Below are positions 18,580-34,161 of a stretch of 64,000 nucleotides of DNA, in pieces. The DNA lies in the NCBI GenBank assembly GCA_902580665.1, contig CACHLP010000001.1, forward strand, positions 15,912 through 79,911. The letters are read 5' to 3'. Positions within the stretch are counted from its first letter, which is position 1. Each line of letters starts with the position of its first letter. This DNA comes from an uncultured Pelagibacteraceae bacterium. Its GTDB lineage: Bacteria; Pseudomonadota; Alphaproteobacteria; Pelagibacterales; AG-422-B15. The notes beneath the pieces are model-generated. The model was not told where the DNA came from. It searched no databases and worked only from the letters and a program-made list of their open reading frames with translations. Made by a program: the position numbers and the translations under genes.

Positions 18580-19638
18580 ATGAAAAAATTCTTTCTTGTT
18601 GGTGGTGGAACGGGTGGTCATTGCATACCTATGAGTGTATTATTTTCTGAAATAATTAAAAAAGATGAATGCTATATTTTAACAGATGAAAGAGGTCTTA
18701 AATATTTTGAGGATATATCAGCTAAGAAAAAAATATTAATAAAGAATTTAATTAATAAGCAAGGCAAAATTTCAAATCTGATTAATCTTCCATATCTTTT
18801 TATTCAGTCAATTCCCTATTATTTAAAATTAAGACCTGATTTCATTTTAGGCTTTGGTGGCTATTTTACTGTTCCAATAATGATTGCAGGGTGGTTGATG
18901 CGGTTCAAAATTTTCTTACATGAAGGTAATGCAATTATTGGAAAAGCAAATAGATTTTTATTAAACTTTACAAAGGATTTACTAACAAGCTTTGAAAATA
19001 CTTTAATCCCTGGCAAGAAAAAAGATATTAAAAATAAATTGGTTGGTCTTCCCATAAGAATAAATAAAGAGAATAAGGTTTTCAATAATGATTCGAGTAG
19101 TGATTTTGTGATATGTATAATGGGTGGCAGTCAAGGAGCACAAAATCTATCAATTAATATTGCTGAATCCATTAAAAGTGTTCAAGCTAACAGCAAAAAA
19201 AAGATTAAAGTCTTTCACCAGTGTAGATCAGAAGATTTAGAGACTCTAAAAGCTTTTTATACGACTCATAATATCAATAATGAGGTAAGAGTATTTTTTG
19301 ATGATATGACAAGAGTACTGTCACAATCTAATTTAGTGATTTCAAGATCAGGTTCATCAACAATTAATGAAATCATATATTATTGCATTCCTTCGATACT
19401 TATACCCTATCCGCATGCGGCAGACAATCACCAATATTACAATGCAACAAACTTGAATACATCAGAATGTACAAAAATTATTCCTGATGACTCTGTAAGT
19501 TTAGAAAATATTTTAAATTCAATTAATGAGATAATTAATGATAATGAAAAAGTGAATTTAATCAGGAACCGTTTGAAAGTTAGACGTATAAATAATCCGT
19601 CTAAAAATATATTAGATTATTTAGAGAGTTATTCGTGA
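18580..19638 (+). CDS. murG: UDP-GlcNAc:lipid I GlcNAc transferase MurG
   Basis: GGGTGGH G-loop, GGSQGA, SRSGSSTINE. Confidence 0.9.
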   Translation: MKKFFLVGGGTGGHCIPMSVLFSEIIKKDECYILTDERGLKYFEDISAKKKILIKNLINKQGKISNLINLPYLFIQSIPYYLKLRPDFILGFGGYFTVPIMIAGWLMRFKIFLHEGNAIIGKANRFLLNFTKDLLTSFENTLIPGKKKDIKNKLVGLPIRINKENKVFNNDSSSDFVICIMGGSQGAQNLSINIAESIKSVQANSKKKIKVFHQCRSEDLETLKAFYTTHNINNEVRVFFDDMTRVLSQSNLVISRSGSSTINEIIYYCIPSILIPYPHAADNHQYYNATNLNTSECTKIIPDDSVSLENILNSINEIINDNEKVNLIRNRLKVRRINNPSKNILDYLESYS

Positions 19639-21026
19639 AAATTAATAAAGAAACATTGATACATATAATAGGAATTGGTGGAATTGGTATGAGCGGTATT
19701 GCCGAAATTTTATCAGATATGCGATATAATGTTCAGGGCAGTGACATAAATATTAATTCAAACATACTTCGCTTAAACAAAAAAAATATCAAGACCTTTA
19801 GGGGACATAAGAAAGAAAACTTAAAAAATGTAAACTTGATTGTATATTCTACAGCAGTAAAAAATAGTAATATTGAGTTAAAATTTGCAAAAAAAAATAA
19901 TATTCCATCAATATCGAGAGCGGAAATTCTTTCTCAAATAGTAAAACTAAAAAATTCAATTGCTGTTTCAGGATCGCATGGAAAAACAACTACTACATCT
20001 CTTATTTCTTCAATTTTGAATGCTGCGAAAATGAACCCAACGGTTATTAACGGAGGTATTATTAACCAGTTTGGAACCAATACAAGACTAGGTCGAGGAA
20101 AATGGATGGTTGTTGAAGCAGATGAATCAGATGGAACGTTCATAAAATTACCTTCTACTATTGCTGTAGTAACTAATATCGATAAAGAACATCTAGACTT
20201 CTATAAAAATTATAACAATTTACTATTCCAATTTAAAAAATTTATTACGCAAGTTCCATTTTATGGATTTGCTGTAGTGTGTATAGATGACCCCTCAATA
20301 AGAAAAATAGTAAATAAAATTACTACAGCTAATATTATTACATATGGAGAGTCTAAAAAAAGTGATATTCAAAGTAAGAAAATAAGACACAGCAGTAATG
20401 GAGTAGTTTTCAATGTTGAGTTAAAAAAAATTGATAAAACAATTAAAAATATAAGTTTACCGATGCATGGTAATTATAATATTAGTAATGCCTTAGCTGC
20501 CATAGCCATTTCTTCAGAACTCAATGTTAATCATGCTACGATAAAGAAAGCCCTATCTAAATTCACTGGTGTACAAAGAAGACTTACGCAACTTTGGGAT
20601 AAAAAAAATGTCAAGGTCATAGACGATTATGCCCATCATCCAACAGAAATTAAAAATGTTATAGAGGGTCTTAAATACTCAAATCCAAAAAGAAAACTTA
20701 TCGTCATCTTTCAGCCGCATAGATATACACGACTGATAAATTTAAAAAAAGAATTTAGTAAATGTTTCTCGAGGTGCGATCAGATATTTGTATCTAATGT
20801 TTATTCAGCAGGCGAAAATACGCCGCATAATTTTAAATTACAATCACTTATAAAAAGTATCAAAAAAAATTCTAGAGTTAATACAAATTTTTATGAAAAT
20901 GATGAGCAGCTATTGAAATTAATTAAGTCTAGTAATAACAAACTCACCTTTTTATTCTTAGGTGCTGGAACAGTATCTCAGTGGGCTTCAGATTTTACTA
21001 AAAACTTAAAAAAAATATATGAATGA
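19635..21026 (+). CDS. murC: UDP-MurNAc:L-alanine ligase MurC
   Basis: IGIGGIGMSGIAE, GSHGKTTTTS, DDYAHHPTE. Confidence 0.93.
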   Translation: MKINKETLIHIIGIGGIGMSGIAEILSDMRYNVQGSDININSNILRLNKKNIKTFRGHKKENLKNVNLIVYSTAVKNSNIELKFAKKNNIPSISRAEILSQIVKLKNSIAVSGSHGKTTTTSLISSILNAAKMNPTVINGGIINQFGTNTRLGRGKWMVVEADESDGTFIKLPSTIAVVTNIDKEHLDFYKNYNNLLFQFKKFITQVPFYGFAVVCIDDPSIRKIVNKITTANIITYGESKKSDIQSKKIRHSSNGVVFNVELKKIDKTIKNISLPMHGNYNISNALAAIAISSELNVNHATIKKALSKFTGVQRRLTQLWDKKNVKVIDDYAHHPTEIKNVIEGLKYSNPKRKLIVIFQPHRYTRLINLKKEFSKCFSRCDQIFVSNVYSAGENTPHNFKLQSLIKSIKKNSRVNTNFYENDEQLLKLIKSSNNKLTFLFLGAGTVSQWASDFTKNLKKIYE

Positions 21027-21942
21027 AAACCAACAAATTCTAAAAGAAATATTTTTAAAAAACAAAGTAAAAGGTAATTACAAATTTGATTATAATTTGT
21101 CTAAATATAGTTGGTTTGGAATTGGGGGCAATGCCGAAATTTTTTACATACCATCAAGTTTAGAAGAATTACAGTTAGTGTTATCTGAAAAAGAAGAGAA
21201 TATAGATGTCACAGTTATTGGTTTAGGCTCAAATATAATTATTAGAGACGGAGGCATACCAGGCCTTGTTGTCAGATTAGGCAATGGATTCAACAATATT
21301 TCTCATAATAAAAATACAGTTTTTGCAGGAGCAGCAGTACAAGATAAAGTTTTATCAAAATATTGCTTGAAGAATTCAATAATAGGGTTTGAATTTTATT
21401 ATGGAATACCTGGTACTGTGGGAGGTGCTGCATGTATGAATGCAGGATGCTTCGGCTCTGAAACTAAAGATTTTTTCATTAAAGCTAAATGCTTGAGTAG
21501 CCAGGGAGAACATGTTGAACTGAATTATTCTGAAGAATTATTTTCTTATAGAAAAAATAATTTTTTAAATAAACACATAATCTGCGAGGTTCAATTCAAC
21601 AAAGAAATTGGAGATCCATTAACAATTAATAAAAGAATCGTTGAAATAAATGATCAAAGAAAAGAAACTCAGCCTCAAAAAGTGATGACTGCTGGTAGCA
21701 CTTTTAAAAATCCTTTTGATCGTAGCGAGTTCAAAGCTTGGCAATTAATCGATAAAGCGGGATTAAGAGAATATGAATTAAATGGAATTTCATTCTCAGA
21801 AAAACACGCAAATTTTATAGTCAACAGACAGAAGGACTCTGCTAATTTAATTGAAGATTTTGGTGAAAATATAAAAAAAGAAGTAAAGAATAGATTAGGC
21901 ATTGAATTAGAGTGGGAAATTAAAATTTTGGGTAATAGATGA
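21019..21942 (+). CDS. murB: UDP-N-acetylenolpyruvoylglucosamine reductase MurB
   Basis: FAD-binding GIGGNAE...GLGSNII, GIPGTVGGA, AGSTFKNP. Confidence 0.92.
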   Translation: MNENQQILKEIFLKNKVKGNYKFDYNLSKYSWFGIGGNAEIFYIPSSLEELQLVLSEKEENIDVTVIGLGSNIIIRDGGIPGLVVRLGNGFNNISHNKNTVFAGAAVQDKVLSKYCLKNSIIGFEFYYGIPGTVGGAACMNAGCFGSETKDFFIKAKCLSSQGEHVELNYSEELFSYRKNNFLNKHIICEVQFNKEIGDPLTINKRIVEINDQRKETQPQKVMTAGSTFKNPFDRSEFKAWQLIDKAGLREYELNGISFSEKHANFIVNRQKDSANLIEDFGENIKKEVKNRLGIELEWEIKILGNR

Positions 21943-22850
21943 GTATATACAATAAAGTTATGTTGCTTTATGGAGGCGTATCGGCAGAAAGAGAAATAAG
22001 CATTATAACTTCTAAAGAAATATCTAAGGCTTTAGTCAGATTAGGTTATGATGTAATTGAAATTGATGCAGACTTAGATCTTTCAGACCACATCTCTGAA
22101 CATAAGCCCGATGTAATATTTAATGGCTTACATGGTACGTGGGGAGAAGATGGAGAAGTTCAAAAAATTCTTGAATTAAATAATGTACCCTATACACATT
22201 CAGGAATTGAATCTTCTCAATTAGCAATGGATAAACATAGGTCTGCAGAACTATTTATTGAAAATAATTTTAATTACCCAATAACTAATCTGGTGAGTAT
22301 TAATAGTATTTATAAACACGCATTTCCTGAGTATCCGTTTGTTATAAAGCCAAGAAACGAAGGTTCCAGCGTGGGTGTTGGAATAATCAGGAATCAAGAA
22401 GAAAAAAAAAGATATTTAACAGATAATTCAAATAGAAATGAAGTTTTAGTACAGGAGTTTATAGATGGCCAAGAAATTAATGTTGCTGTAATTGGAAATG
22501 ATAAAACTGGCTCAATAGAGATTGATCCAAAAAACGAATTCTATGACTATGAGTCAAAGTATTTTGATAACGGCAAGACTAAGCATATAATCCCACCAAG
22601 AATCAATAAAAATCAACTAGAAGAGGTAGAAGACCTAGCTTTAAAGGCACATAAAATTCTTGGTTGTAAAGGAATTTCAAGAACAGAGTTTATTTTGGAA
22701 AAAAATAGCAATCAGTTTTATATTCTTGAACTCAATACTCAGCCAGGAATGACACCAACTTCATTAGTGCCAGAAATAGCAAAAGACAAGGGAATAGAAT
22801 TTGATGAACTTATTAATTGGATCTTAGAGGATGCAGGAACAAACCGTTAA
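21939..22850 (+). CDS. ddl: D-alanine--D-alanine ligase
   Basis: GGVSAEREIS, HGTWGEDG, ATP-grasp core, ELNTQPGMT. Confidence 0.93.
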   Translation: MSIYNKVMLLYGGVSAEREISIITSKEISKALVRLGYDVIEIDADLDLSDHISEHKPDVIFNGLHGTWGEDGEVQKILELNNVPYTHSGIESSQLAMDKHRSAELFIENNFNYPITNLVSINSIYKHAFPEYPFVIKPRNEGSSVGVGIIRNQEEKKRYLTDNSNRNEVLVQEFIDGQEINVAVIGNDKTGSIEIDPKNEFYDYESKYFDNGKTKHIIPPRINKNQLEEVEDLALKAHKILGCKGISRTEFILEKNSNQFYILELNTQPGMTPTSLVPEIAKDKGIEFDELINWILEDAGTNR

Positions 22851-23568
22851 ATATATAAATATTATATGTTCTATATTGATTACATTTTTTTTAATGATTT
22901 CAGTATCGATATATTACTTTCCAAACTTAGCATCAAAATATTTTATTTTATCTAAAATAACCATTAACGGTTCAGAAAAATCTAATATAAATATAATCAA
23001 AAAAGAAATATATAATCATACCTCTGATTTATTATCTTTAGATTTAAAAGAAATAAAAGAAATTCTTGAGCAAGAGCAATGGATCAAAAGAGTAAACCTA
23101 AAGAAAGTTTACCCATCCACATTAGTATTAGACATTATTGAAAATGATCCATATGCAATTTTAAGAGATAAAGGTAAATATTATCTAGTAGATATTGATG
23201 GAACAATTATTACTGAAAAAAATAAAGATGATGAACTTGAAAATTTTATTATTATTTCAGGGGATGAGTCACCTCTAGCACTAAAAGGCCTTGTTAAGGA
23301 GCTGAATATTCATTTTTCTGAACTGATTTCACAACTGAATAAATTAGATTTTATAGAGAGAAGAAGATGGAATATAACTTTAAAAAATAATTTATTAATA
23401 AAATTACCAGATTCAAAAATTGATAAAGCACTAGAAAACCTAAAGAACCTATTTGTTAATGAAAAAGTATTGCAGAGTAATATAATTGAAATTGACTTAA
23501 GAATTGAGGGTAGGGCATCTTTGAAGGTAGATGAGGGAAAGATTAATTATGGTTTAAATGATATCTAA
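22831..23568 (+). CDS. ftsQ: cell division protein FtsQ
   Basis: N-terminal TM helix plus POTRA-like region (EQWIKRVNLKKVYPSTLVLDIIEN). Position between ddl and ftsA. Confidence 0.75.
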   Translation: MQEQTVKYINIICSILITFFLMISVSIYYFPNLASKYFILSKITINGSEKSNINIIKKEIYNHTSDLLSLDLKEIKEILEQEQWIKRVNLKKVYPSTLVLDIIENDPYAILRDKGKYYLVDIDGTIITEKNKDDELENFIIISGDESPLALKGLVKELNIHFSELISQLNKLDFIERRRWNITLKNNLLIKLPDSKIDKALENLKNLFVNEKVLQSNIIEIDLRIEGRASLKVDEGKINYGLNDI

Positions 23569-24758
23569 TGTCACAAAGAAATATTTTCAGCGCAATTGAT
23601 ATACGTTCCGATAAAATAATTTGTTTAATTGCGCAAGAGTTGGAAATTATAAACCGTGGTAAAATTCTTCAATTAATTGGTATTGGCATCTCAAAACTGC
23701 CAATAAATTGTATCAAGCCGCTCTCACTGCCACACGTGGAAATTAGCGATTATATAAAAAATGCAATTACAAAGGCTGAATATGAGGCAAATGTAAAAAT
23801 TACAGATGTTTTTGTAAGTATCTCGGAAAATATGACTTCAGAATATATTGATTTTAAAATTGAGAACGAAAATAATTTAATTGATGAAGATCACATAAAA
23901 GAATTTTTTAGGTCAAAATTATTTACCGGTTTATATACAAAGTTAAAAGAGCCATTGCATTCTTTTCCGATAAGTCACCGTATTGATAACAGAAAAAGTG
24001 TATCAGACCCGATTGGAATGAAGGCTAATAATCTTCTTACAAAATGGCATATAATCTCAGTATCAAAAGATTATCTTGAAATAATATATAAAACATTTCT
24101 GGAGATGGATCTAAATTTAAAACAAATAGTTTCTAGTAATTATTCAACAAGTCTAGCAGTATTAAATGAAGAAGAGTCTGACCAAGGCGCTATAACTATT
24201 GAAGTACAAAAAAATAAAACGGTCTTATCCTATACTTTTGATGGTCAATTAATTGGATTTGATATAATAAGAATAGGAACCTTCCATTTCACCAATGATA
24301 TATCACAAATAAAATCTCTCACACTTGCGGAGGCTGAGAACATAAGAAAAAAGATTGATTTTTTTGATAAAGATAAAAAAAAGGATAAAGAACTCGATAA
24401 ATATTATGATATTTATTTGTCTCGGGCTGAAGAGCTGACAAAAATTATTTCGACTACAGTAATGAAATCAAGGTTTAATTCGCTAGTATCAAACTCAATT
24501 ATACTTACAGGGTATGGAGCAAAATCAATTAACATTCAAAAACTAATTAAAAATAAATTTACTAATTCATCATTTAGGCTGGGTTCAACAAGAAAAATAA
24601 ATGGTTCCAAGACCTATCTCGATAATCCGTCATTAACTTCAAGCTTCGGTTTACTTTCTTATGCCACAAACCACGACTTAGAGGGTGAGACAAGCAATGA
24701 AAATCCACCAAAAAAATCAACATTATCAATAATTTATAATTTTTTTCGGAACTTATAA
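23568..24758 (+). CDS. ftsA: cell division protein FtsA (divergent)
   Basis: Actin-like fold signatures (AIDIRSDKI...; ILTGYGAK) and a C-terminal amphipathic tail SIIYNFFRNL. Canonical position after ftsQ. Confidence 0.8.
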   Translation: MSQRNIFSAIDIRSDKIICLIAQELEIINRGKILQLIGIGISKLPINCIKPLSLPHVEISDYIKNAITKAEYEANVKITDVFVSISENMTSEYIDFKIENENNLIDEDHIKEFFRSKLFTGLYTKLKEPLHSFPISHRIDNRKSVSDPIGMKANNLLTKWHIISVSKDYLEIIYKTFLEMDLNLKQIVSSNYSTSLAVLNEEESDQGAITIEVQKNKTVLSYTFDGQLIGFDIIRIGTFHFTNDISQIKSLTLAEAENIRKKIDFFDKDKKKDKELDKYYDIYLSRAEELTKIISTTVMKSRFNSLVSNSIILTGYGAKSINIQKLIKNKFTNSSFRLGSTRKINGSKTYLDNPSLTSSFGLLSYATNHDLEGETSNENPPKKSTLSIIYNFFRNL

Positions 24759-24826
24759 TACGTAACAAAAAGTAATAATCTTTGTCTATCACAAGAGTGA
24801 TAATCAAATTATAAAATTTGATAGTC

Positions 24827-25756
24827 ATGCAAAAAACCCTTAAAAAAAATTTCACACTATCTGGCATTACTTTACATAGTGGCGAAATCAGCAATATAAA
24901 AGTTTACCCAGCCCCCGCAAACACTGGAATATTATTTAAAAGGACAGACCTTACAGTGCCTCATATTGAGACTTTGTTGAATGCAAAAATTGAAAACGTT
25001 GTATATTCTGAATTATGTACAAAATTGTCTAACGAATATGGTCACTCTGTGTCAACTATCGAGCACTTGATGTCTGCGTTCCATGGCTTGGGAGTAGATA
25101 ATGCAATTGTTGAGATAGATAAAGCAGAGCTCCCAATTCTTGATGGCAGTTCTCTAGAATATGTATCAGAAATAGAAAGAGCAGGTATTAAAAATTTACA
25201 GGCAAAAAGAAAAATCATTAATATTATTCGACCTGTCATATTTAGAGATAATGATAGTTATATTAAAGTCACACCAGCTAATAATATGACTATTAACTAT
25301 ACAATCGTTTATGATCATAAATTAATTAAAGAGCAAAATTTTATTTTTGACCTAGACTCAAGACATAATTATAGAAATATTATTTGCAATAGTAGAACAT
25401 TTGGATTCAAGGATGAAGTAGAATTTCTTAGAGACAAAGGATTAATAGCTGGTGGCTCTCTTGAGAATGCAATTGTTCTTAATAATGATGGCATAATGAA
25501 TCAATCAGTACTTAGGCACGATAACGAATTTGTGAGACATAAAGTACTTGATTTTATAGGCGATATTTATTTAATAGGACATAGAGTGAATGGAAACTTT
25601 GAAATATTTAAGGGCGGTCACAGACTTACTCATGAACTAGTTAAATCAATTGTGTCAGATAGATCTAATTGGAAATATGATGATGACAAATCTGAATCAG
25701 ACGAAATTACGTTTTTATCTCTAAATCAAAAAAAAGAGCTTTCAGCTTCAGTTTGA
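24827..25756 (+). CDS. lpxC: UDP-3-O-acyl-GlcNAc deacetylase LpxC
   Basis: MQKTLKKNFTLSGITLHSG, STIEHLMSA, HKVLDFIGD, GGHRLTHEL. I prefer ATG 24827 over the track's TTG 24818. Confidence 0.95.
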   Translation: MQKTLKKNFTLSGITLHSGEISNIKVYPAPANTGILFKRTDLTVPHIETLLNAKIENVVYSELCTKLSNEYGHSVSTIEHLMSAFHGLGVDNAIVEIDKAELPILDGSSLEYVSEIERAGIKNLQAKRKIINIIRPVIFRDNDSYIKVTPANNMTINYTIVYDHKLIKEQNFIFDLDSRHNYRNIICNSRTFGFKDEVEFLRDKGLIAGGSLENAIVLNNDGIMNQSVLRHDNEFVRHKVLDFIGDIYLIGHRVNGNFEIFKGGHRLTHELVKSIVSDRSNWKYDDDKSESDEITFLSLNQKKELSASV

Positions 25757-25805
25757 ATCCCTAGATTTACCCTTTAATCTTAATAAATATACATTAAAAT
25801 CATAT

Positions 25806-26567
25806 TTGATGATTAATCTTAAAGCTTATGCTTCCTTATTAGCCTTTATACTGATCCTCACTGCGTGCTCAGATACTAAACTCATGACACCAGAAACCGA
25901 AGGAGAAAAGTTGCAAGTTCTATATAATAACGCAATGGAACTTGTAAAAAAAAGAGACTTTGTTGACGCTGCTATTTTATTTGAGGATATTGAAAGACAA
26001 TACCCTTATTCAAAATGGTCAAATCAAGCTCAATTAATGTCTGGTTTTTGTTATTATAAGTCAAATATGTATAACGAAAGTTTAGATGCTCTTGAGAGAT
26101 TTATAGCATTATACCCAGGAAGCAAAAAAATTTCTTATGCATATTATCTCAGAGCATTAAATTATTTTGAGCAGATAAGTGACGTAGAAAGAGACCAAAC
26201 AACTACTGCTAAAGCCAAAAGGTCTTTTAAAGAAGTTATAAATAAGTTTCCAGATTCAGAATTTGCGAGCGATGCATTAATTAGAATAGATATTATTAAT
26301 GACAGGCTTGCTGCAAAAGAAATGGAGATCGCAAGATATTATCAATTTAATCATCAATGGATATCAGCAATAAACAGATACAATACAATTTTAGACGAAT
26401 ATAAAACATCAATTTATACTGAAGAAACATTGCATAGACTTGTAGAAATATATTATTCACTTGGTCTTCATGATGAAGCAAAGAGATATGCTGCAACTCT
26501 TCAATTTAATTTTCCTGAAAGCGATTGGTATCTACAAAGCTACAAAATTGTAAAAGATCTTTCATAA
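25806..26567 (+). CDS. bamD: outer membrane protein assembly factor BamD (TPR lipoprotein)
   Basis: Lipobox LILTAC and a YfiO-type TPR pattern (FEDIERQYPYSKWSNQAQLM...YYLRAL...). The start may be ATG 25809. Confidence 0.85.
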   Translation: MMINLKAYASLLAFILILTACSDTKLMTPETEGEKLQVLYNNAMELVKKRDFVDAAILFEDIERQYPYSKWSNQAQLMSGFCYYKSNMYNESLDALERFIALYPGSKKISYAYYLRALNYFEQISDVERDQTTTAKAKRSFKEVINKFPDSEFASDALIRIDIINDRLAAKEMEIARYYQFNHQWISAINRYNTILDEYKTSIYTEETLHRLVEIYYSLGLHDEAKRYAATLQFNFPESDWYLQSYKIVKDLS

Positions 26568-26576
26568 TTAAATTAA

Positions 26577-30319
<3,743 letters not shown>

Positions 30320-30326
<7 letters not shown>

Positions 30327-32545
30327 GGTTTTAGAAAATCAGAAATTAGCTTTTTTTTACCGTGTTTGTCAAAATAAACGATAGCCTTGGCCCCATCTAT
30401 ATCTTGAATTGTCCCGATACCAAACTTTTTATGCTCAACAGTTTGTCCAATCCGAAGGATAAGGTCATCGTTTATATCTTTTACATTTTCGATTTCCATA
30501 TCTACCACAGTTCTATAACTAGAGATCTCATTATCTTGAAACGAAATCTTTTTTGGTTTTAAAACATAATCTTGGTTAAATTCGTCAAAATGAGGTTCTT
30601 GAAAAGAATTTAAATGATCAGATGCGTGGTTGATTGTCTTTATGATGTCTTGATCTAATTCATCAATGAACCTCGATTGAAGTGAAGGCATCCAATTATT
30701 TTGAAAACGTCTTGTCATGGACGTTATAATATTAATTTTTTTCTTTGCTCTTGTTATTCCTACATAAGCCAGTCTTCTTTCTTCTTCGATGCCCTTGTTG
30801 CCACTTTCATCAATTGTTTTTTGGTGTGGAAATAATCCTTCTTCCCACCCCGGCAGTAAAACAAAGTCATACTCAAGTCCTTTTGCAGCATGTAATGTCA
30901 TTATACTTACTTTATTATCAATATTATTTTCATCTACTGCTGTTACTAATGAAATATGCTCTAAAAACTCCTCAATACTATTGTAGTCTTGCATTGCAAC
31001 TATAAGTTCTTTTATATTTTCAATTTTTGTTTGCGCAGATACATTTTTGTCATTTTTAAGCATATTCATGTATCCAGACTCATCTAATAATACCTTCAAA
31101 ATATCATAGAATGGAACACTCTCGACCATTGACTTTCCTCTGTCTATAACGCCAATAAATGATTTTAAACTTTCAGAAATTTTTTTTGTTAGTTCATCAG
31201 TATCAATCATATTTTTAGAAGCTTGGTAAAGGGAAATTTTATTTCGATTTGCAAGTGAGAGGATATGATTAAAGGACTTTTCACCTATTCCTCTTTTTGG
31301 CACTGTAAGTGCTCTTTCAAAGGCAACATCGTCCTGACTTTCATAGACTAATCTTAAGTAAGAAACTGCATCTTTTATTTCAGCTCTTTCATAAAATCTA
31401 ATTCCACCTATAATACGATATGGAATTGAATACTTAATAAGAGATTCCTCTATTTCTCTGGATTGAAAAACAGCTCTTACCAAAATAGAAACATTATTTA
31501 AATCAGGGTTATCTTTTTTGTAATCTAAAATTTCTTGTGCAACAAGGTTGGCTTCGTCACGACTTGTATTAACTAAATGCAAATAGATTGGTTCACCAGT
31601 GCCTTGGTCAGATATTAATTCTTTTCCAAGTCTCATTTCATTATAACTTATAAGTGACGATGCAGATTTTAATATATTGTTTGTTGATCTATAGTTTTGT
31701 TTTAACCTTATGACTTTTGCATTCTCAAATTCTTTTTCAAATTTTAACATGTTGTCTACTTCAGCTCCACGCCAGCTATAAATAGATTGATCATCATCAC
31801 CGACGCAGCATATATTAAGATTTACAGAAGCGAGAAGTTTCAACCATATATATTGTGCTGCATTCGTATCTTGATATTCATCAACATGTATATATTTGAA
31901 ATTTGACGCATATCTTTTTAAAATATCATCTCTCTTAAATAAATTTATACATTGCAATAGTAGATCTCCAAAATCTAAACAATTAATTTCAAATAATCGT
32001 TGCTGATAGATTTTGTAAATTGTTGAACTTTTGTCATCAATAAGGTTATCAAGACGTTCGGCTTTAATATCATCAGGGTTCAGTGCTTTATTTTTCCATT
32101 GGTCAATTTTTGATTGAATAAGTTTGGGTGAGAACTGAGATTGATCCAGGTTTTCAGCTTTAATAATTTGCTTTATAAGTGAAAGCTGATCGTCTTTATC
32201 CAATATTGTAAAACTTGACTTAAGACTTAATACTTCGGCGTGATTTCTAATAATTTTTGCTCCAATTGAATGAAATGTTCCGATCCATGGAATTCTATCC
32301 ATGCTTTGATTTACTAGTTGCTGAACCCGATCAGCCATCTCACGAGCAGCTTTATTGGTAAATGTCACACAAAGTATTTGAGATGGAAAAGCAAGGTTAG
32401 TCTTTACAATATGCGCCACACGTGTTGTTAAAACCCTTGTTTTTCCTGTTCCTGCTCCTGCAATAATTAGGTTTGGACCTTCTGTACTGCAAACTGACTC
32501 ATGCTGTAATTCATTTAAGGTATCTAGGTATTGGGAATTGCTCAT
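30320..32545 (-). CDS. uvrD: ATP-dependent DNA helicase, UvrD/PcrA/Rep family
   Basis: AGAGTGKT, DEYQDTN, QNYRST, TLHAAKGLE and a C-terminal FGIGTI... domain. Confidence 0.9.
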
Positions 32546-32757
32546 GTTCGATTTTTTATGTGATTCAAGACATATAGTCTAATAGCGCTTGATAAATTTG
32601 AAGTTGTTTTTTTCTGATCAATGTCAGAAATTAATCGATCAGGCGTAGTGTTGTTTTGTTTGCTAAGAGCAACAATTTCATCCCAAAATTCTTTTTCTAG
32701 AAATACACTCGTAATATGGCCGTCTAGATTGACTGTACGCTTTTTAGAGTTTTGCAT
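32542..32757 (-). CDS. ribbon-helix-helix domain small protein (alphaproteobacterial RHH_4-like)
   Basis: NLDGHITSVFLEKEFWDEIVALSK...NLSSAIRLYVL matches the conserved alphaproteobacterial RHH small-protein pattern. ATGA-type overlap with uvrD. Confidence 0.6.
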   Translation of the reverse strand: MQNSKKRTVNLDGHITSVFLEKEFWDEIVALSKQNNTTPDRLISDIDQKKTTSNLSSAIRLYVLNHIKNRT

Positions 32758-32766
32758 TTAGAATAA

Positions 32767-34161
32767 TCAAGACGAAGAGATCATCTTACTTGGATTTAAA
32801 AGTGATTTAATTCTCTTATTTTCTAGATATTTTAAAATTTTGTTTGCCTCTAAAAGAGATATATTTTTCTTGTGGGCTAATTTAGCCAACTCAGCTGCCT
32901 TCGTATAGCCAATTTCTGGAGCAAGAGCTGTTACTAGCATTAATGAATTTTCAACGCCATGTTTAATATTTTTTATATTGGGCTTAATACCTTTAAGGCA
33001 TTTCTCATTAAAATTATGTATAGCTGAAGCAAGTAAATTAATCGAATTAATAATATTTAGGCCTATCAGTGGTTTAAATGCATTAAGCTCAAAGTGACCT
33101 TGTGAACCTGCAATTGAAATAACATTATGCAAACCCATTACTTGCAAACATACCATTGTCAAGGCTTCACTTTGAGTAGGATTAACTTTACCTGGCATGA
33201 TTGATGATCCAGGTTCATTCTCAGGCAGGCTGAGCTCACCCAAACCTGAGCGAGGACCTGATGCTAAAAGTCTTATATCATTTCCTATTTTAAATAAATC
33301 AGTGGCAATTACATTAAGTATGCCAGATAGTTCTAATATTGAATCATGAGATGCCAGTGCTTGAAATTTATTCGTAGCGGGTTTGAATTTTGACTTAGTT
33401 ATTTTACTTATCTCTGAAACCACAACTTGATCAAAACCACGTTTCGTATTTAACCCTGTACCTACAGCAGTTCCACCTTGAGCAAGGTAACTTAAGTTAG
33501 TTAAAGCTCCTTCAACTCTCCTTATATTTGAATTGATTTGCGCCTGATACCCAGAAAATTCTTGCCCAAGAGAAAGCGGAGTCGCATCCTGTAAGTGAGT
33601 TCTTCCAATCTTTATAATACTTTTCCATTTCTGAGATTGTGATTTTAATACTTTTTCCATACTTTTTAATGCGGGGACAAGCTCACTTATAATTTTTAAT
33701 TTAGATGCAATATTCATAGCCGATGGAAAGCTGTCATTGGTTGATTGACTCTTATTAACATGATCATTTGGATGAACAGGTGAATTGCTTCCAAGCTTTT
33801 TCGATATTTTCCTGTTTGCTATATTGGCAATAACTTCGTTTACATTCATATTTGTTTGAGTTCCAGATCCAGTCTGCCATACGGAAAGTGGGAAATGTTC
33901 GTCAAACTTTCCTAAAGAAACTTGTTTAGCAGCGTCAATAATTGCACGAGCTATTTTAGGACTCAGAAGCTTTTGTTTTAGGTTGGCTTTTGCGCATGAC
34001 ATTTTAATAATTGCTAACGCATGAATTATCTCAATTGGCATTATATCATTGCCAATTCTGAAATTCTTCAATGATCTTTGAGTTTGTGCTCCCCATAGAT
34101 TACTATTAGCAACTTTAATCTTACCTAAACTGTCTTGCTCTTGCCTCGTTTTTTGACTCAT
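32767..34161 (-). CDS. fumC: class II fumarate hydratase
   Basis: GAQTQRS, signature GSSIMPGKVNPTQSEA. I prefer ATG at 34161 (MSQKTRQEQDSLG) over the track's TTG at 34182. Confidence 0.96.
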   Translation of the reverse strand: MSQKTRQEQDSLGKIKVANSNLWGAQTQRSLKNFRIGNDIMPIEIIHALAIIKMSCAKANLKQKLLSPKIARAIIDAAKQVSLGKFDEHFPLSVWQTGSGTQTNMNVNEVIANIANRKISKKLGSNSPVHPNDHVNKSQSTNDSFPSAMNIASKLKIISELVPALKSMEKVLKSQSQKWKSIIKIGRTHLQDATPLSLGQEFSGYQAQINSNIRRVEGALTNLSYLAQGGTAVGTGLNTKRGFDQVVVSEISKITKSKFKPATNKFQALASHDSILELSGILNVIATDLFKIGNDIRLLASGPRSGLGELSLPENEPGSSIMPGKVNPTQSEALTMVCLQVMGLHNVISIAGSQGHFELNAFKPLIGLNIINSINLLASAIHNFNEKCLKGIKPNIKNIKHGVENSLMLVTALAPEIGYTKAAELAKLAHKKNISLLEANKILKYLENKRIKSLLNPSKMISSS